Origin: Lytechinus pictus
Lineage: Eukaryota
Length of the DNA: 64,000 nt
Direction: 5' to 3'
Assembly (NCBI RefSeq): GCF_037042905.1
Contig: NC_087245.1
Coordinates: forward strand, 16,432,001-16,496,000
Part shown: positions 12,225 to 25,027 of the stretch, one piece after another
Layout of the letters: each line of letters starts with the position of its first letter
How positions within the stretch are numbered: the first letter of the stretch is position 1
Position numbers and translations under genes: made by a program
The notes under the pieces: generated by a model
Seen by the model: the letters and a program-made list of their open reading frames with translations, nothing else
Databases searched by the model: none
What the model was told of the DNA's origin: nothing

Positions 12225-12791
12225 GTAGTCTATTTGCTTTTAATAGATTATTATTAAAACGAATGTTTGATGGGACATTATCATTTATTGTGTTTAGGTT
12301 AGCATTAAATCAACTCCTAGCTCCCCAGATGTTAGTAACACAGAGTCGAAAATGGCGTTTTCAGTCATGTTGGTTCTCATAATTTGTTGCATGCATCCCT
12401 ATTGCATAGCAACATATATATGAAGAAAGAAATAAAATGTAAAATATAGATATGCATATGGTGCTGTATTGAAGAAAATTCTAATTTCTGAAGGATGTAT
12501 AATGGTATTCGATTCTTTTCAAGTTTAAAACTCTCTCACAAACCTCAAAACAAATGTAACCCCCCCCCCCCCGCAAATATATATAGGGACGCGCGTTTTC
12601 ATTTTCAAACCCAACTTGCATTATGGCGTTAATTTGTACTTGATTTTAAAACATGTTAAGGAGAATTATGTTTAGTGTGTAACATATTTACAGGTATTTT
12701 TTCATGCTTTTGTGACTTGTTTTTTTTCTTCAGATTGTGAATCTTGTATATCCGCAATAAATGTTTACTTTAATTTCTCAAATTTTATTAG

Positions 12792-12889
12792 AGTTCGAGT
12801 TTTACTGTACTCGCTACTGCAAACTGTGCACCGAGCATGACTGGCTGGATTGTCCTGAAGATTGCTACTGCGATCAAGCTACGATGTAA
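12792..12889 (+). CDS. Exon 6: terminal six-Cys module; predicted full protein ~188 aa
   Basis: EFEFYCTRYCKLCTEHDWLDCPEDCYCDQATM*; TAG acceptor in the correct phase. Confidence 0.65.
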
Positions 12890-12953
12890 ATATTGCGACT
12901 GCGATCAAGCTACGATGTGAAAATTGCCATTGCAATCATTCTACGATATTGAG
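12861..12953 (+). repeat. Three tandem ~31-bp copies spanning the stop codon
   Basis: ATTGCTACTGCGATCAAGCTACGATGTAAAT, a near-identical second copy and a degenerate third copy. Confidence 0.8.
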
Positions 12954-15108
12954 ATATTACATCATTTACATCTAAGCACAATATGACAAATAATAACGGC
13001 TGAAAACTACAGTTTTAAATCACAATAGGCCATCAGGATTTGATTTCCATAATTGTTGATATCAAAAATAATAATCTGTCGGTATATTAAAAAAATATCT
13101 TGAAGACATTTGAAGACAGTTAAAATGAATACAAGGTTAAATTTCAGTAATATTATCATAAAGTTCTTAAATCATTTAAAAACTCAGGAAAGCTTTCATA
13201 TTACAAGACACATAACCAATTTTGTTAAGCAACTGTTATAGGTGCTACACCACGTAGAAACTCCTGATTATAAATCATTGCCAGCTTCATTATATCAAGA
13301 ATTATTATTGATTCTTATCGAAATATTTATTTTATATTTGTAGGCCTACCCATATGTTAAAAAAATATTTTGCATTTTTAGTAGTCTTTAAGACACTTAA
13401 TCAAATTGAATATTTTTGTCGTTTTATTGTAACCATTTATTTAAGGTTATAAGCATCTCTTTTATTTGGAGGTACAACCGTTTTTAATTAAAAAAGATAT
13501 CGCCTAATTAATATCTCCATATATATAATTAGATTTTAAAATTGTTTCAGTCGAGGCCATCTGTATATCAATTTAATTGATAAAATAATGTTTTCGATTG
13601 ATCAATAAATAAATGATTAAAGTAGATCAGAAGAGTAGCATCTCTATACAATGTTGTCGCAGAGTTACAGGTCCAAATCGTTTTTTTTTTTATTATTGTC
13701 ATTTTCATGGTGTTGTTATTTTATTTCTTGTTGGAAGTTCACATGGTAGGATAAAATAAGGGAGAATAGTCATCGATAAACCTTCATTTATTGGTCATTC
13801 TATTAAAATTTTGAAGGAAAATTGGTTCATAAAAAGTTCTTTATATACAACTGGACATGTACATTCTGTTTCTGTTTATGGTAACTCCCGTAGGAACTGG
13901 GCAGGACAGCATTTTGCTGATAAACGCCAAAGCTGGTATAATAACCACTTACCTAGGAATTTTACGTCCAGGTTAATCAGTCATAGTGGCTGACCTAATA
14001 GACAACAGAATTACTCTCGTGCCTTTTTATCAAAATGGAAAATGGTATATGTGAGCACAATGTCATCGCACACTGATAATAAAATAATGTGAAGAAATAA
14101 AAGCAGCATGATGTCTCTACTTCTTTTGCTTCGGACACTGGCGTAAAGTCTATATGTGGGCACTCATGACCCCCTAAATTTTCAAGTCCGAGAAAAAAAA
14201 TAAGGAGGAGGAAAGGAAAAAGAATTGATGAAATGTTGAAACATGAAATCATTTTCTTAACATCATGTCAAAGTCTATCATAAAATTAGATTTTCAATAT
14301 CTAAAAAGGTTACAATTTTTTTTTTAAATAAAAAAAATGAAAAGAAAATTAAAAAGAAGTTTCGTATTCTTCTTTTTTGTTTTGGTATTGTTTTTTCCTC
14401 TATATCATTTATTCCTATTTTACTTTATTACTTCATTTCGCGTTCTCCACTCGGACACTCCTCCTTTTTTATTTTTCATTCTCCTTTTTTTTTCATTTGC
14501 TTTAGGCCTACATGATTATTCCAAAGCGTTGCATGGTGGCAAACTATCAGTGGCACTCGCATTGCTGACATTACTGTCATGTTAAGAACAAGTTTTCTCT
14601 CTCTCTCCTTCACTCATATAGGAGTTATGGACATGTAGGCCTATATATACACAATATTGAATTATTCAGGCCCTCGATCATAGGCCAAATTGGCTATTCT
14701 TAGAGCGGCCACTGCTAAGGTACATGTCTAGCTTTACAGGGGTCTCGAACAAAAACAGTTGGGTAGGGAGGCCTGGGAGGGAGAGGGGGCTATATTTATA
14801 GGGATCGAGACTGAACATGCATAAAATCCCAATTTGATGGTCGTGAGATGGTTATTTTTGTTCTAGCTGTTCTTTTTTGTTTTGTTTTTTACTTGTGGGG
14901 GATTTTTTAAACGTTTTTTGACACGAAGTACTTTAAAAATATTGTGGAGCCCCGACGGGCCCTAGCTGCCCACACAGCCTGCTAATTAATGGCCCTGCTA
15001 ATGGCCCAACATGGACAAAAAATAAAAGGGCACGTCAAATCTTCAAGATCAATGAGATCAGGGAATTGTCTTGGGTTAATTCATGAATTAGATTACGAAT
15101 GGTGTAGC

Positions 15109-15349
15109 CATAGGCGGCGGAAGCGGCGGGACGGGGGGGGGGGACAGGTCCCCCCTAAATTTGAGGTGGGGGGGGCGACCCCCCCCCCCAATAAATTCTT
15201 AGTTGATAACTTTTTTCTTTTTTTTTGCTTGTCAAAATTTTTTCGTGGTCCCCCTAAAATTTTGCTTGATAACATAACCTTTTTTGTTGTTGCTTGTCAA
15301 AATATATTTTCGTGGTCCCCCATAAATTTGTTGGCTTCCGCCGCCAATG
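15109..15349. mobile_element. hAT-like MITE (241 bp)
   Basis: TIR CATAGGCGGCGGAAGC / GCTTCCGCCGCCAATG; perfect 8-bp TSD GGTGTAGC. Confidence 0.88.
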
Positions 15350-15793
15350 GGTGTAGCATATCTGCCTTTTAGGGAGGGGGGGGGGGGGTAATAAATGAAT
15401 AAACATTTCGGATACGCGTTTGTGAGACGTGACGAAAATAATAACATGCAGTGTATATTTCGTATACGATAAAAGCGCGTCATTTCGGCCAAGTAAGTTC
15501 CACCGGCAAAGTCGTTCGGTACGTTGGCGTCCTTTTTTTGTGAGTGTGAAGAGCTAGAGCCGAGGTTAGTAGAAAAAAATCTTGATATTTCTATGAGTTG
15601 AGTGTGTTTTATCGCTTTCATTGAATATTTCATTTATTTTTTGTCAAGAAACATCTCACATTCTAGTCTAGATTTGACGCTACCGGACCCAGTTTAAAAA
15701 AAAATTAAAGAACATTTCATATCGGTCCCACTTGTAGGATTTCTTGCTGTACCTTTTTAGCTATTTATTGGAGTTCTGCAGCGCAGTGACAGT

Positions 15794-16327
15794 GTATGAT
15801 GGGGGGACCTAAAGCTACGCACTTTGTTTCCAAATGATAAAAACTATGCCAATTGTAATATTTGAACAATTATTTTTCACTAATTTGTAATAAATATTCT
15901 AAATATCCTTAACCAAGAAGAAAATATCACAAAACTCACTAATACGAAAATCCCGCCGTGTTTTCCGAACACAGTCTTATTCTTAATTTCGCCGCCCGAT
16001 GTAGAAGGGGTCCTAAAGCTACGCACTCAATTTATCATGCAAAGAAATAGTATTTCCTGTGCCTCAATTTCTAAAATATGTCCGTATTATTATAGGAAAA
16101 TATGAAATCAAAGTGAATATAACTCCGAAATTCCAAACATTTGCTGGTTTTCTCTGCATTCAAGGATTTATTGCAGCCTCTGTAGAAAAATTGAATAGGG
16201 ATCGTTCGGATCGTCACAGCTTCACACACAGAGCTAGAGTGCGCATTTATTTTGCCATTGGAATTGCATGCGCGATGAGTGGTGCGTAGCTTTAGGACCC
16301 GCGTAGCTTTAGGACCCCCAACCATAC
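15794..16327. mobile_element. MITE with ~26-bp imperfect TIRs, superfamily unclear
   Basis: GTATGATGGGGGGACCTAAAGCTACGC vs GCGTAGCTTTAGGACCCCCAACCATAC; internal copies of the CCTAAAGCTACGC motif; no clear TSD. Confidence 0.7.
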
Positions 16328-16364
16328 TAGTTTGTCATTGCATCGGCGGAATCGTCCGTTAAAC

Positions 16365-19233
16365 TAGCCAGGCGGCTTCTAACTTAGTTCTAGAGAGTAA
16401 AAATCATTTACTAACGTATGATTACTCTCAACGAAGCCAGGGATTCGAATGCATTCATCTACACGCATGACACGTACCGCCAAAAAACCACTCTAGGCGA
16501 CACCGCAATACTTACCCGTGTTAATAAAGTGGGACTCCGCTCACGCGCGTTTGGGCCTCCCTAGCTTAGAACTAAGCACTAATATCACCTTAAAAACTAA
16601 ATCTACAAGGTATGTATAATCTATTTAGTAATTTGATAATGTTTAAACGGTAGGCCTACTCACCAGTTCTTTTGATGTATTTTCTCCAGAATTCCCACGG
16701 ATTTGTCCCAAATCTTGCGACAAACCACGTCGCGGTAGACAGCTGTACATATTTTTTTATTTATAAATAAAGCGCCCCTTACGATAGTTGTTAACAACGC
16801 GGCCAAATCGTTAGGTTTTTTGCACTGTGTCCAAGGCTTTTTTATTTTGTTTTATTTTTTATTTTTTAATAAATATTTTGTTCAATAGCGATTTTTACGT
16901 CAAATATTAAATTTATATCACAAAATATTTTTTAATTGTAGAAATATACATAATATTATGCAATAATTTATTCTATATATATTTTATAATAAAATTTATA
17001 ATTGTTGCGGTCTTTAAAAAAGGATAGTCGATTGATCAGGTGATGACCACACGTATCACGTGATCTGAAAATCAGCTTCATACCGCTTTGATCGCACTCG
17101 ACGGTGACCGGACTGACTGCCAAAAAAAGATCGAAAAATGACTCAAATGTAAGTTTCCCTTTATTTTATTAAATTCAAATTAGGAATAGGAATATATTTA
17201 ATGGGCAATCTTTTAATAAATGATAAACAAACAAGGACAAAACTCATATTTTGGGAGTAATATCATACTTGGGTGCAGGAAACAGTACGGTTAGAAGTTC
17301 TAACCTGTTTTTAACGCATTGTCGCCTATGAGGTCCATACATGCTAATGTTTGGACCTCATTGGTACTAGGAGTGCCAAAAAACCTCAAACTTTCAAAGT
17401 CAAACTTTCGCCCCCGAGATTTGGAGTTCGGTGCCTTTTGAAATCTTGAACTTGTCTTTGTCAGGAATCCCAACAAATTTGATATCATTAGAAAAATAAT
17501 GGTGCTTCAATCAACTCATTGTCTGATATATATAAACTGAAGTAGGGGTCTAGGCCTATTCCAATTTACAGCCTTACAGGGGAAAATATGCAGATTTTGT
17601 TCTGTCAAAAACTGTCAAACTCAATAAAGGCTTGTTTGAGTCACTCACACTAATACGAGGTTAGTATGCTATACTAACCTCGTACAAGGGACTGTGTTTG
17701 ACCCTGGATTTCGAAGTAGTCGGCAAACATCGCTTCATTGCTGAAGTACTAATATTTGCCAAAACTCCTTCTCGCTACGCACCGGGTCTCTTTCCGGTAA
17801 GTAGTAATACATTAAAAAATTATACATATGAATGAATTTTAAATAATTTCATGACAAAAAGAGCAAATTTCGCTTACCTCGGCCTGGCAAGTGACTTCGT
17901 TTGTCTTTTCTACGGAAATACAAGGAAGCCCGTTGGTGGCGCTAATAAATTTCACAACCTTGATTCAGCTCCTCGGTAATTTTATAACTGTGTCTAAATT
18001 CTTTGAATGCGCAATTCTTATGATTAATTTACTAATTATGGGCACCAATAAATGAAATACCTTCAAAAACATAACTAAAATAAAGATTACTATTGGCGAT
18101 GATAACACTTTTTTTGCAATTAATTTAAAACGATGACTAATAAAAAAAATTGAAAAAAATACACATACCTGGAACGAAACCAGCAGTACAAGCTTTAACG
18201 ATACACGTCTGACAAAACTCAAATACACACACACACACAACGAACGTCAATAATACGGTATACATAAGTCTATACAATGAAAAGATTGGACACTTCACGG
18301 ACTTCGCGTAATGCCTTGCGTCGATTTGCGTGTAAAATAGTGTAGGTACCTAGTCTTTCCCTTGTCGTGTCTTTGATATGAATATAAATCGGGCGCCCTC
18401 TTTAGGCCAAAATTGATATCCACGCTGACCAATTTTTATCTCCGTGAAATCTTCACTAAAGATCAAGAAAATATACATATTTTTAAAAAGAAACTTCAAG
18501 GAGAAGTCACGGAAGGATCTAAATGATTCGGTAAGTGACATAGCAGAATGTGAAATACCAGATAATGCGTGATATTTTATGTGGGCAAAAGCCCAGTATA
18601 TTTTGGATGTGTCGTGTGAGACGATATGAACCCTTGGGTGTGTTTGAGTGGGGGAGACAGTGGCTTTTTGAAATCTTGAAGGAAACCCAACAAATTTGGT
18701 ACCATTAGAAAGCTTGTGAAATAAGTAAAAGAATGGTACATAAATCAACTCATGATGTCAAATATTGACAGAGATATATATGTTTAAAGGGGAGAATATG
18801 CAGATTTATTTTACAGGAAAAGTAGATTTTCATAACTTAAACAAACTGCAATTAATGGAACTGTGTAATACTTTTTTTTAAAGTGCTATGCGCGGCAAGG
18901 CATGCCCTTGCGCGATTTGCGTGCTGTCGCCAAGCGAAAGACAATGAAATCAAGATGGCGACGTAAATACGGTGGCAACATTTTTCTTGTTTTTGAATGA
19001 ATTCTTGTTTAAAAATGAAATCAATATAGTAGAAATGTCGGAAATTAAGTTGTATCCCATGTACATGATTTAGGGCTAGATCTTTTAGAAGGTAGAAATC
19101 TCGGGGACGGGGGCGAAAGTTTGGGTTTTTTTGGCGGTACGTGTAGATGAATGCATTCGAATCCCTGGCTTCGTTGAGAGTAAGCATACGTCAGCAAATG
19201 ATTTTTACTCTCTAGAAAGAAGCCTCCTGGCTA
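16365..19233. mobile_element. Non-autonomous DNA transposon with ~120-bp TIRs and TAG...CTA termini (2869 bp)
   Basis: 16365-~16490 is the reverse complement of ~19123-19233; flanked by direct repeat CGTTAAAC (16357-16364, 19234-19241); no transposase ORF. Confidence 0.85.
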
Positions 19234-19550
19234 CGTTAAACTATCTGCATGTAATTTAATGATCTTGAGGAGCTCTGTCTGAATTGGTGAAGATTACCAC
19301 AGAGATCAAACAAGTCATTTTACTCAAATGAGAAGTGTGATTATCAGAATAATAGGAATGGAACTGAGCTGATTCAATGACATCAATGTAAATCAATGAC
19401 ATGATTAATTGTACTTTGTTTTGTACAGTGCCGGTAATTTTGACATGTGTTGTTGATTCAACAGGTCAAAGTAACTATTTTCATAAGCAAGCACATTCAA
19501 TTACCACATGACACACCAAACACGTTGCATACACAGACACTGTCACTCAG

Positions 19551-20521
19551 GGGCCCGTTTCTCAACACCTGGACAAGATAGTCATATGTTTATCCACCAA
19601 CCACAGAGTTAGTTCCAATCTTACTAAACCTGTTTCACGAAATGCTTCCTAACTAGAATCCCTTGATATCGATACTATCAGTAGAAAGAGCAGACGAGAC
19701 GTAGCCTTAGTCACAAAATAGCATCATTTTTAAAAAGCAAAAATATGATAAAACTGCAATTATTGTGATGAATTTGGAGATACATCTAATCAAAATAATA
19801 GCAGAGGCAAAATATGTACCATGCATACTTAAACCATGAAGACTGGAAATTCAATTGCTAAGAAAATGAAATTATGAATAATTCATTTCATGACTAAAAA
19901 AAATCACATGTGGATGTTGAGATGGGTAACCCCGGGATAGTAAATTTTGATAGTTTATGGAAGTAAACCACAATTGTTTTTTTTGTAAAATAATGATAAT
20001 TATACGTTTATTTATGGTTCCGAACATCAAAATATAGTGGAACATAAATTTTTAAAATCTTTAGATACCGAAACACGATTTGACAAATACGAATACGAGT
20101 ACAGTTATGGATGACCTGACGTGGTAGAATCTTTATCGATTCAATTATTTTACTATAATTTCAAAGTGAATGGTTTTGTTGTGTTTTACCAACAGATTTT
20201 ATAGTTTCTGTGCATTACAATTATTATTGAATGATCTATCACACCTGTTTTGCAATGTAATTTCAACTTCTATGATTGATTACGTAAGATTATAACTTTC
20301 AAATTTCTAGGCACTTTTGCATGTCATAGCCTACCCACGTGATGCCACTACGTCATTAAGAAAGGAGTTATGACAGGTTTGGAGGTGTCATAAATATTTA
20401 GTCAGGTTGTTGTCCCTGATCTTGGCAAAGAGGGCTTCGTGAAACGGTTAGTGGACAAGTAGCTCACTATCTCCGATTTAGTCAAGAAGTTAGACTTATG
20501 ACGGTGTTGAGAAACGGGCCC
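19551..20521. mobile_element. PIF/Harbinger-like non-autonomous element
   Basis: TIR GGGCCCGTTTCTCAACACC / GGTGTTGAGAAACGGGCCC; CWG flanks (CAG and CTG, one mismatch). Confidence 0.75.
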
Positions 20522-21059
20522 CTGCTCACCACAGGAAAGTCCCGATTTCAACTCCAAATTCTCTCTGAAAAGTCTAATTTTGCTCTAAAAATGCGAAACC
20601 TAACATTGTTGTTAGGCTATGGCATTATGCCATATTTCCAAACCCCGCAGCGAGTTGACTCAGGTTTAAGAAACGAGGTTGCCGAAAAATGCACTACAAA
20701 CAAAGAAATCCGTGGTTTAGATCTGAGTTTGTGATATTCTTCAACATGACAAATAAAAATAATAAAACAGAAAAAGTCAACTGCATTGATTTGCACAAAA
20801 ATAGAGCCACTGTATATGCTTCTACCTGGTTGCTCTCATTTGACTGGGGCTCCAAGCGTAATGCGGAAGAAAATGACCACTGCAACAAATCAACCGCTCT
20901 CACACGCATTGAGTTTTAAACATGCGATGTGCTTAATTGGGTGAAGGGTGGGGTGGTCGAATCTCGGCCATGAAACATGGTGATACATTTCAAGATTTCA
21001 TGAAATATTGAGATGTAAGCTGAATATAATCATTACAATTAGAAATAGGCAAAATAGGC

Positions 21060-21290
21060 TTCTTTTCCTCCTTCTTCTCCTTGTTCTTCTCCTCCTCTCC
21101 TCCCCTTCTCTTATTCCCTTCTCCTTTTCTTCTTCCTTTTCATTCTCCTTTTTCCTCTTCTATTCTTCTTTTTTTCTTGACACCTTCATTTTATCTTCAT
21201 GCTTTCTGTTCTTTAATTTCTCCCATGGTATCATATCTTTGCCTTCTTCTTTACCTTGTCCTCCTGGCTCCTACTTATTCTTTTCATCTG
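21060..21290 (+). repeat. Polypyrimidine (CT/CTT-rich) low-complexity tract
   Basis: Directly visible. Confidence 0.75.
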
Positions 21291-21589
21291 TGTTATCAGA
21301 ATTACAGTGATAGTCTGTAGTTGTCCTTTAGGGCAAGACTTCCATATGTACCCCCACTAAAATTGAACATGAAAATATGGAGAAGGTTCAAAATAATATA
21401 TCTAGCCCTAGAATAGAATATATATACATGTATGATGGGAGAGTGGAAATACGTACCAAAATATGGCTTTATTCCATCAAATTTTCGAGCAGGATCGAGT
21501 GCATGTAATTGTCCATAGACATCGGTTTATTTAGTCAGTAAAGGTTCTGAAAGCCTAGACTAGTCAAAGTGTCGGCTCATAATCACTAG

Positions 21590-21680
21590 AAAATCCCTTC
21601 CGGTGTCAGCGCTTCTCGCTGGCATAACGGGAAGAATCTTGACTGCAGTTACAACAAGGTGAGTTTGAGTCCCAATTAAG
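21590..21680 (+). promoter_or_regulatory. Putative promoter / non-coding first exon of zinc-finger gene A
   Basis: Locally CpG-containing; ETS-like CTTCCGG at ~21597; consensus donors AAG|GTGAGT (21659) and AAG|GTAAGA (21681); acceptor at 21823. Confidence 0.4.
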
Positions 21681-21831
21681 GTAAGAAACACTAAAAAATC
21701 GATAGAGAAACAGGAAGTGAATGAACTGGAAGTCTCGACAATATATTGTTATTCAGGTGGGGGTACATATGGAAGTCTTTCCATTTAAAATATGTCATTT
21801 GCTTCTTTTAAACCCTTTACCAGAATTCATC

Positions 21832-21998
21832 ATGGGTCTTGGAGGCAGACGTTCAGATACCAGCCGAAAGAAAAAGCAGATCATCACTGTAAAGGCATCA
21901 GATGTCCCTAGGTTAAAGGTTGTGAGGTTGGAGGCCAAGTGCAAAAATAACAATGAAGCATTTAAATGGATGCTCGTGTTAGCTGAGAAGTATTTAGG
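21832..21998 (+). CDS. C2H2 zinc-finger gene A, coding exon 1 (N-terminal helical motif)
   Basis: MGLGGRRSDTSRKKKQIITVKASDVPRLKVVRLEAKCKNNNEAFKWMLVLAEKYLG; acceptor before the ATG, phase-2 donor GG|GTAAGT; homologous to the exon at 44474-44799. Confidence 0.8.
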
Positions 21999-22743
21999 GT
22001 AAGTTTACTTTTAAATTCGTACTGCTTCTGAAAGTACTTCATCTTAAAGTACATGTAGGCATTTACCACCCCTCCTCACACCCATTTGGGAGTGTTGTTA
22101 AATCCTTGCCTTTGCGATCACCTATAAGAAACATTATATTCAAGTCATTATATTCAGCAGAGCTTTTTTTATGTCAATGGGTTAAACCTCTTTTTAACAG
22201 ACATTGTTAAATATACAAATGCACCATGAAATTAAGCTCATAGTGTTATAGATTACAATCAAAGGACATTTCTTGATTACATTAAAAGTTGGTATTCAGA
22301 AATTGAGATGGGAGGGCAGTGGTTATAGTGCTGTGAAATATTGATTCCAACAAAAGAGAGTCATGTTATAAGAGATCCTTTATATTTTCCTTTACCTCCT
22401 ATTTAAACCAAGATTTAAGTAAGATAAATCATTACGAAGAAAACTGCTTAAAATTATTGTGATTGGGTGATGTTGTTTAAATGCACCTAAGAAAATGATG
22501 TAAGCTTTTAAGATTTTTTTTCCACCAGAATCAGCACTACTTTACTGTAAGTTACATGTACATGCTCTGCACACAGAATGTGTGGCTTGAACATTTCAGC
22601 TTCGACATATTTTGGGTGATATCTCGAATGTGAGGGTATCTGAGAAGCCTTTGCAGCAGAAAAAAAATCTTAAGACTCCCATTATTGTTTTTAATTTTCT
22701 CACAAAAGAGGTTGCTTCTTGTTCATTCATATTTCATCCCTAG

Positions 22744-22925
22744 GGTTGAGAACAAAACTGAAAATGGTGGACCTATCAATCCTTCCTTTGATGAGGAAAA
22801 GATTGCGGATATTAAGATGAGTGATGATAATGAGGACATGATGAAAATGGAAAGAGAGGAGACAGGTGATATTGTAAGCAAGGCAGCCCAAGCTATCAGA
22901 GAGGACTTAGAGAAAGAAAGAACTG
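22744..22925 (+). CDS. Zinc-finger gene A, coding exon 2 (acidic linker)
   Basis: TAG acceptor, GTGAG donor, open frame VENKTE...EKERT, phases 2/1. Confidence 0.75.
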
Positions 22926-23589
22926 GTGAGCAACTCTTTATTATTGTTAATTATTTATTCAATACATTAAATTACTTGAATCATTATTATTATTATCATT
23001 GATGATAATATCATCATAATAAAGTCTCATTTCACTTAACAAGTGGATGAACAGACAATGTCACACAGTCATTAGATGTTGCCATGTCTTGCATCATGTT
23101 CATGGGTGGAATGTATACAAAAAATTGACAATTGCATTATAGCGCAAGCAAGAGATTTAGCCATACAAGTACACATAATTGCAGTGCCTTATTACCAAGT
23201 TGCAGTTCCTTATATAATTTTTCCGCTTACAAGAAGGTCATGCAAGTTTGAGTGTTGCATTTGAAAACTATTAAGCTGTTACTAGAACATGAAAACTAAA
23301 GATTTACAAGACTACTCAATTTTGCAAGGGGGGGGGGGGTTATAGCACACTTTTTAGCTGAACATTACTAGAACATGAAAACTAAGAATTTACAAGACCT
23401 CCCAGTTTACACAATTTTGCAATAGGGTGGGAGTTTATATAGCACATTTATTTAGCTGAAAAACTAATAGGATATGTAGATGATCATTTTCAGGTCATGA
23501 CAATTCTTTTCTTTAATTTGTTAATTTTGATGTGTATTTTTTTTTCTGACTCACTTGGTACAAGGTATATTTTTGTTATTGATATTTAG

Positions 23590-23702
23590 GTAATCCTGGT
23601 GTGAGTGAGCAGTATGAGATGGTTGAAAATGAAAGCACTACTTCATGCTTTCCTGACACCAGTGGTCCAGAAGGCATAGAAGGATCTAACATTTCAGGAG
23701 AG
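23590..23702 (+). CDS. Zinc-finger gene A, coding exon 3
   Basis: TTTAG acceptor; GNPGVSEQYEMVENESTTSCFPDTSGPEGIEGSNISGE; donor GAG|GTAATA; phases 1/0. Confidence 0.65.
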
Positions 23703-23785
23703 GTAATACAGAATATCTTTGACTAAATATAATCTAGATATTGGTATCTCTGTCACACTCTTTTTTTCTCCCTCTGTATTAATAT

Positions 23786-23971
23786 TAGGGGTGTGAGTGA
23801 TCAAAAATAAAAAGAGCTGAAAAGAGCTAAAGTGTTGTGATAAAAGTTGAAATTGAAAGAGCTCACATACTTTTGTACAGGTGAAAGCTACAATAAGCTG
23901 CAATGATAGCTGAAGATCAAAAGCAAAAAGAGCTTAAATTAGTTTTTAATAGCTTAACTCTCACACCCCTG
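23786..23971. mobile_element. Short intronic MITE
   Basis: AGGGGTGTGAG / CTCACACCCCT inverted ends and internal AAAAGAGCT repeats; TSD not clear. Confidence 0.5.
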
Positions 23972-25027
23972 TAACATTTTGGACCCCCAAAATTCATCCT
24001 TGAGTGATTGGTTGAATAGCTTCTTGAGTTTGTATGCATTTTCAGCTACTTATACAATGTTTGCATGAAGGTATACTGTTTGGGAAATGATTTCACATAT
24101 CTGACAACATTTTTCCAAATATTAGTACTGTTTGCCAAATTGCATGTGAGCTATCTTGTTATGAATCAAATACATGTGACCCCAAGAATTTATATTCAAC
24201 TGGTATACTGGATAGGATCTATCACAGGCAACTCTACTTGTGGTGTCACTGTTACTATGCTTTTTCATGAAAATAGATTTTTGAATATTCTATCGTCTGC
24301 TTTAAGAAGTTCGCACTTTCTAGCAATAAAACATTCAATCACTTTAAATTGAAGATGATGTGGATGATTTTCCTACTTCAGTGGACATGGACTGTTTAAA
24401 CCTGGTTTTGATTAAATTTGTATGGAGGGAAATTGACATAACCCATTAGTCTTCTATATTTGCCTTCTTCTGTCAGTTTTTTTTTAATACCAAATTATAA
24501 TGAATGTTGGTGTACTTCAAGTAAATCTGTCCAAGCCAGATCTCTTTGGACAACACAAATCTGCTTGATTTTTAGGCTAAATTTTATTCAAAAGATGTAC
24601 ATGTAATGTATTGCCTATATTGCATGTTTTGGTCTGAAAAATTGCTTCACTCAGCCAATTATTCCACTTATAGAAGGTCGACTTCGGCAGACTGCACTTT
24701 TTCTGTATTTCAACTTTCTGGTTAAAATTATGGGCCCCAGTGATTCCTAAAGTACCATTCACATTAGAATTGTGCCCAGTGCCCATAGCTGAATAGTTAT
24801 TATTTGGAGTCACCTCTTGCACATAGTTCAAACTAGAATATTCATTATTGAAAGTATGCAGTGCAAATATATCAGGCTTTGGGAAAGTATACATGTACTG
24901 GAAATTATTCATTTGAGGTTAAACTTTGATCGATGTTATATACCACTTTTACATGAAAATGTCTAGCCTATACCTGTAAATGCTTATTTCAAATTTCCTA
25001 GTATTATTCATATCTCTCCTTTTTTAG

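Noticed and set aside
17651..17685. Superficial likeness to loxP (GTATGCTATAC, TACGAGGTTA)
   Set aside because: Arm orientation and spacer length do not match loxP and no recombinase is present; kept only as a palindrome.
21008..21320. Hydrophobic F/S/L-rich ORFs
   Set aside because: Translation of a polypyrimidine tract.
24355..24410. Possible extra exon of zinc-finger gene A
   Set aside because: Weak splice sites; the flanking exons already join in phase without it.
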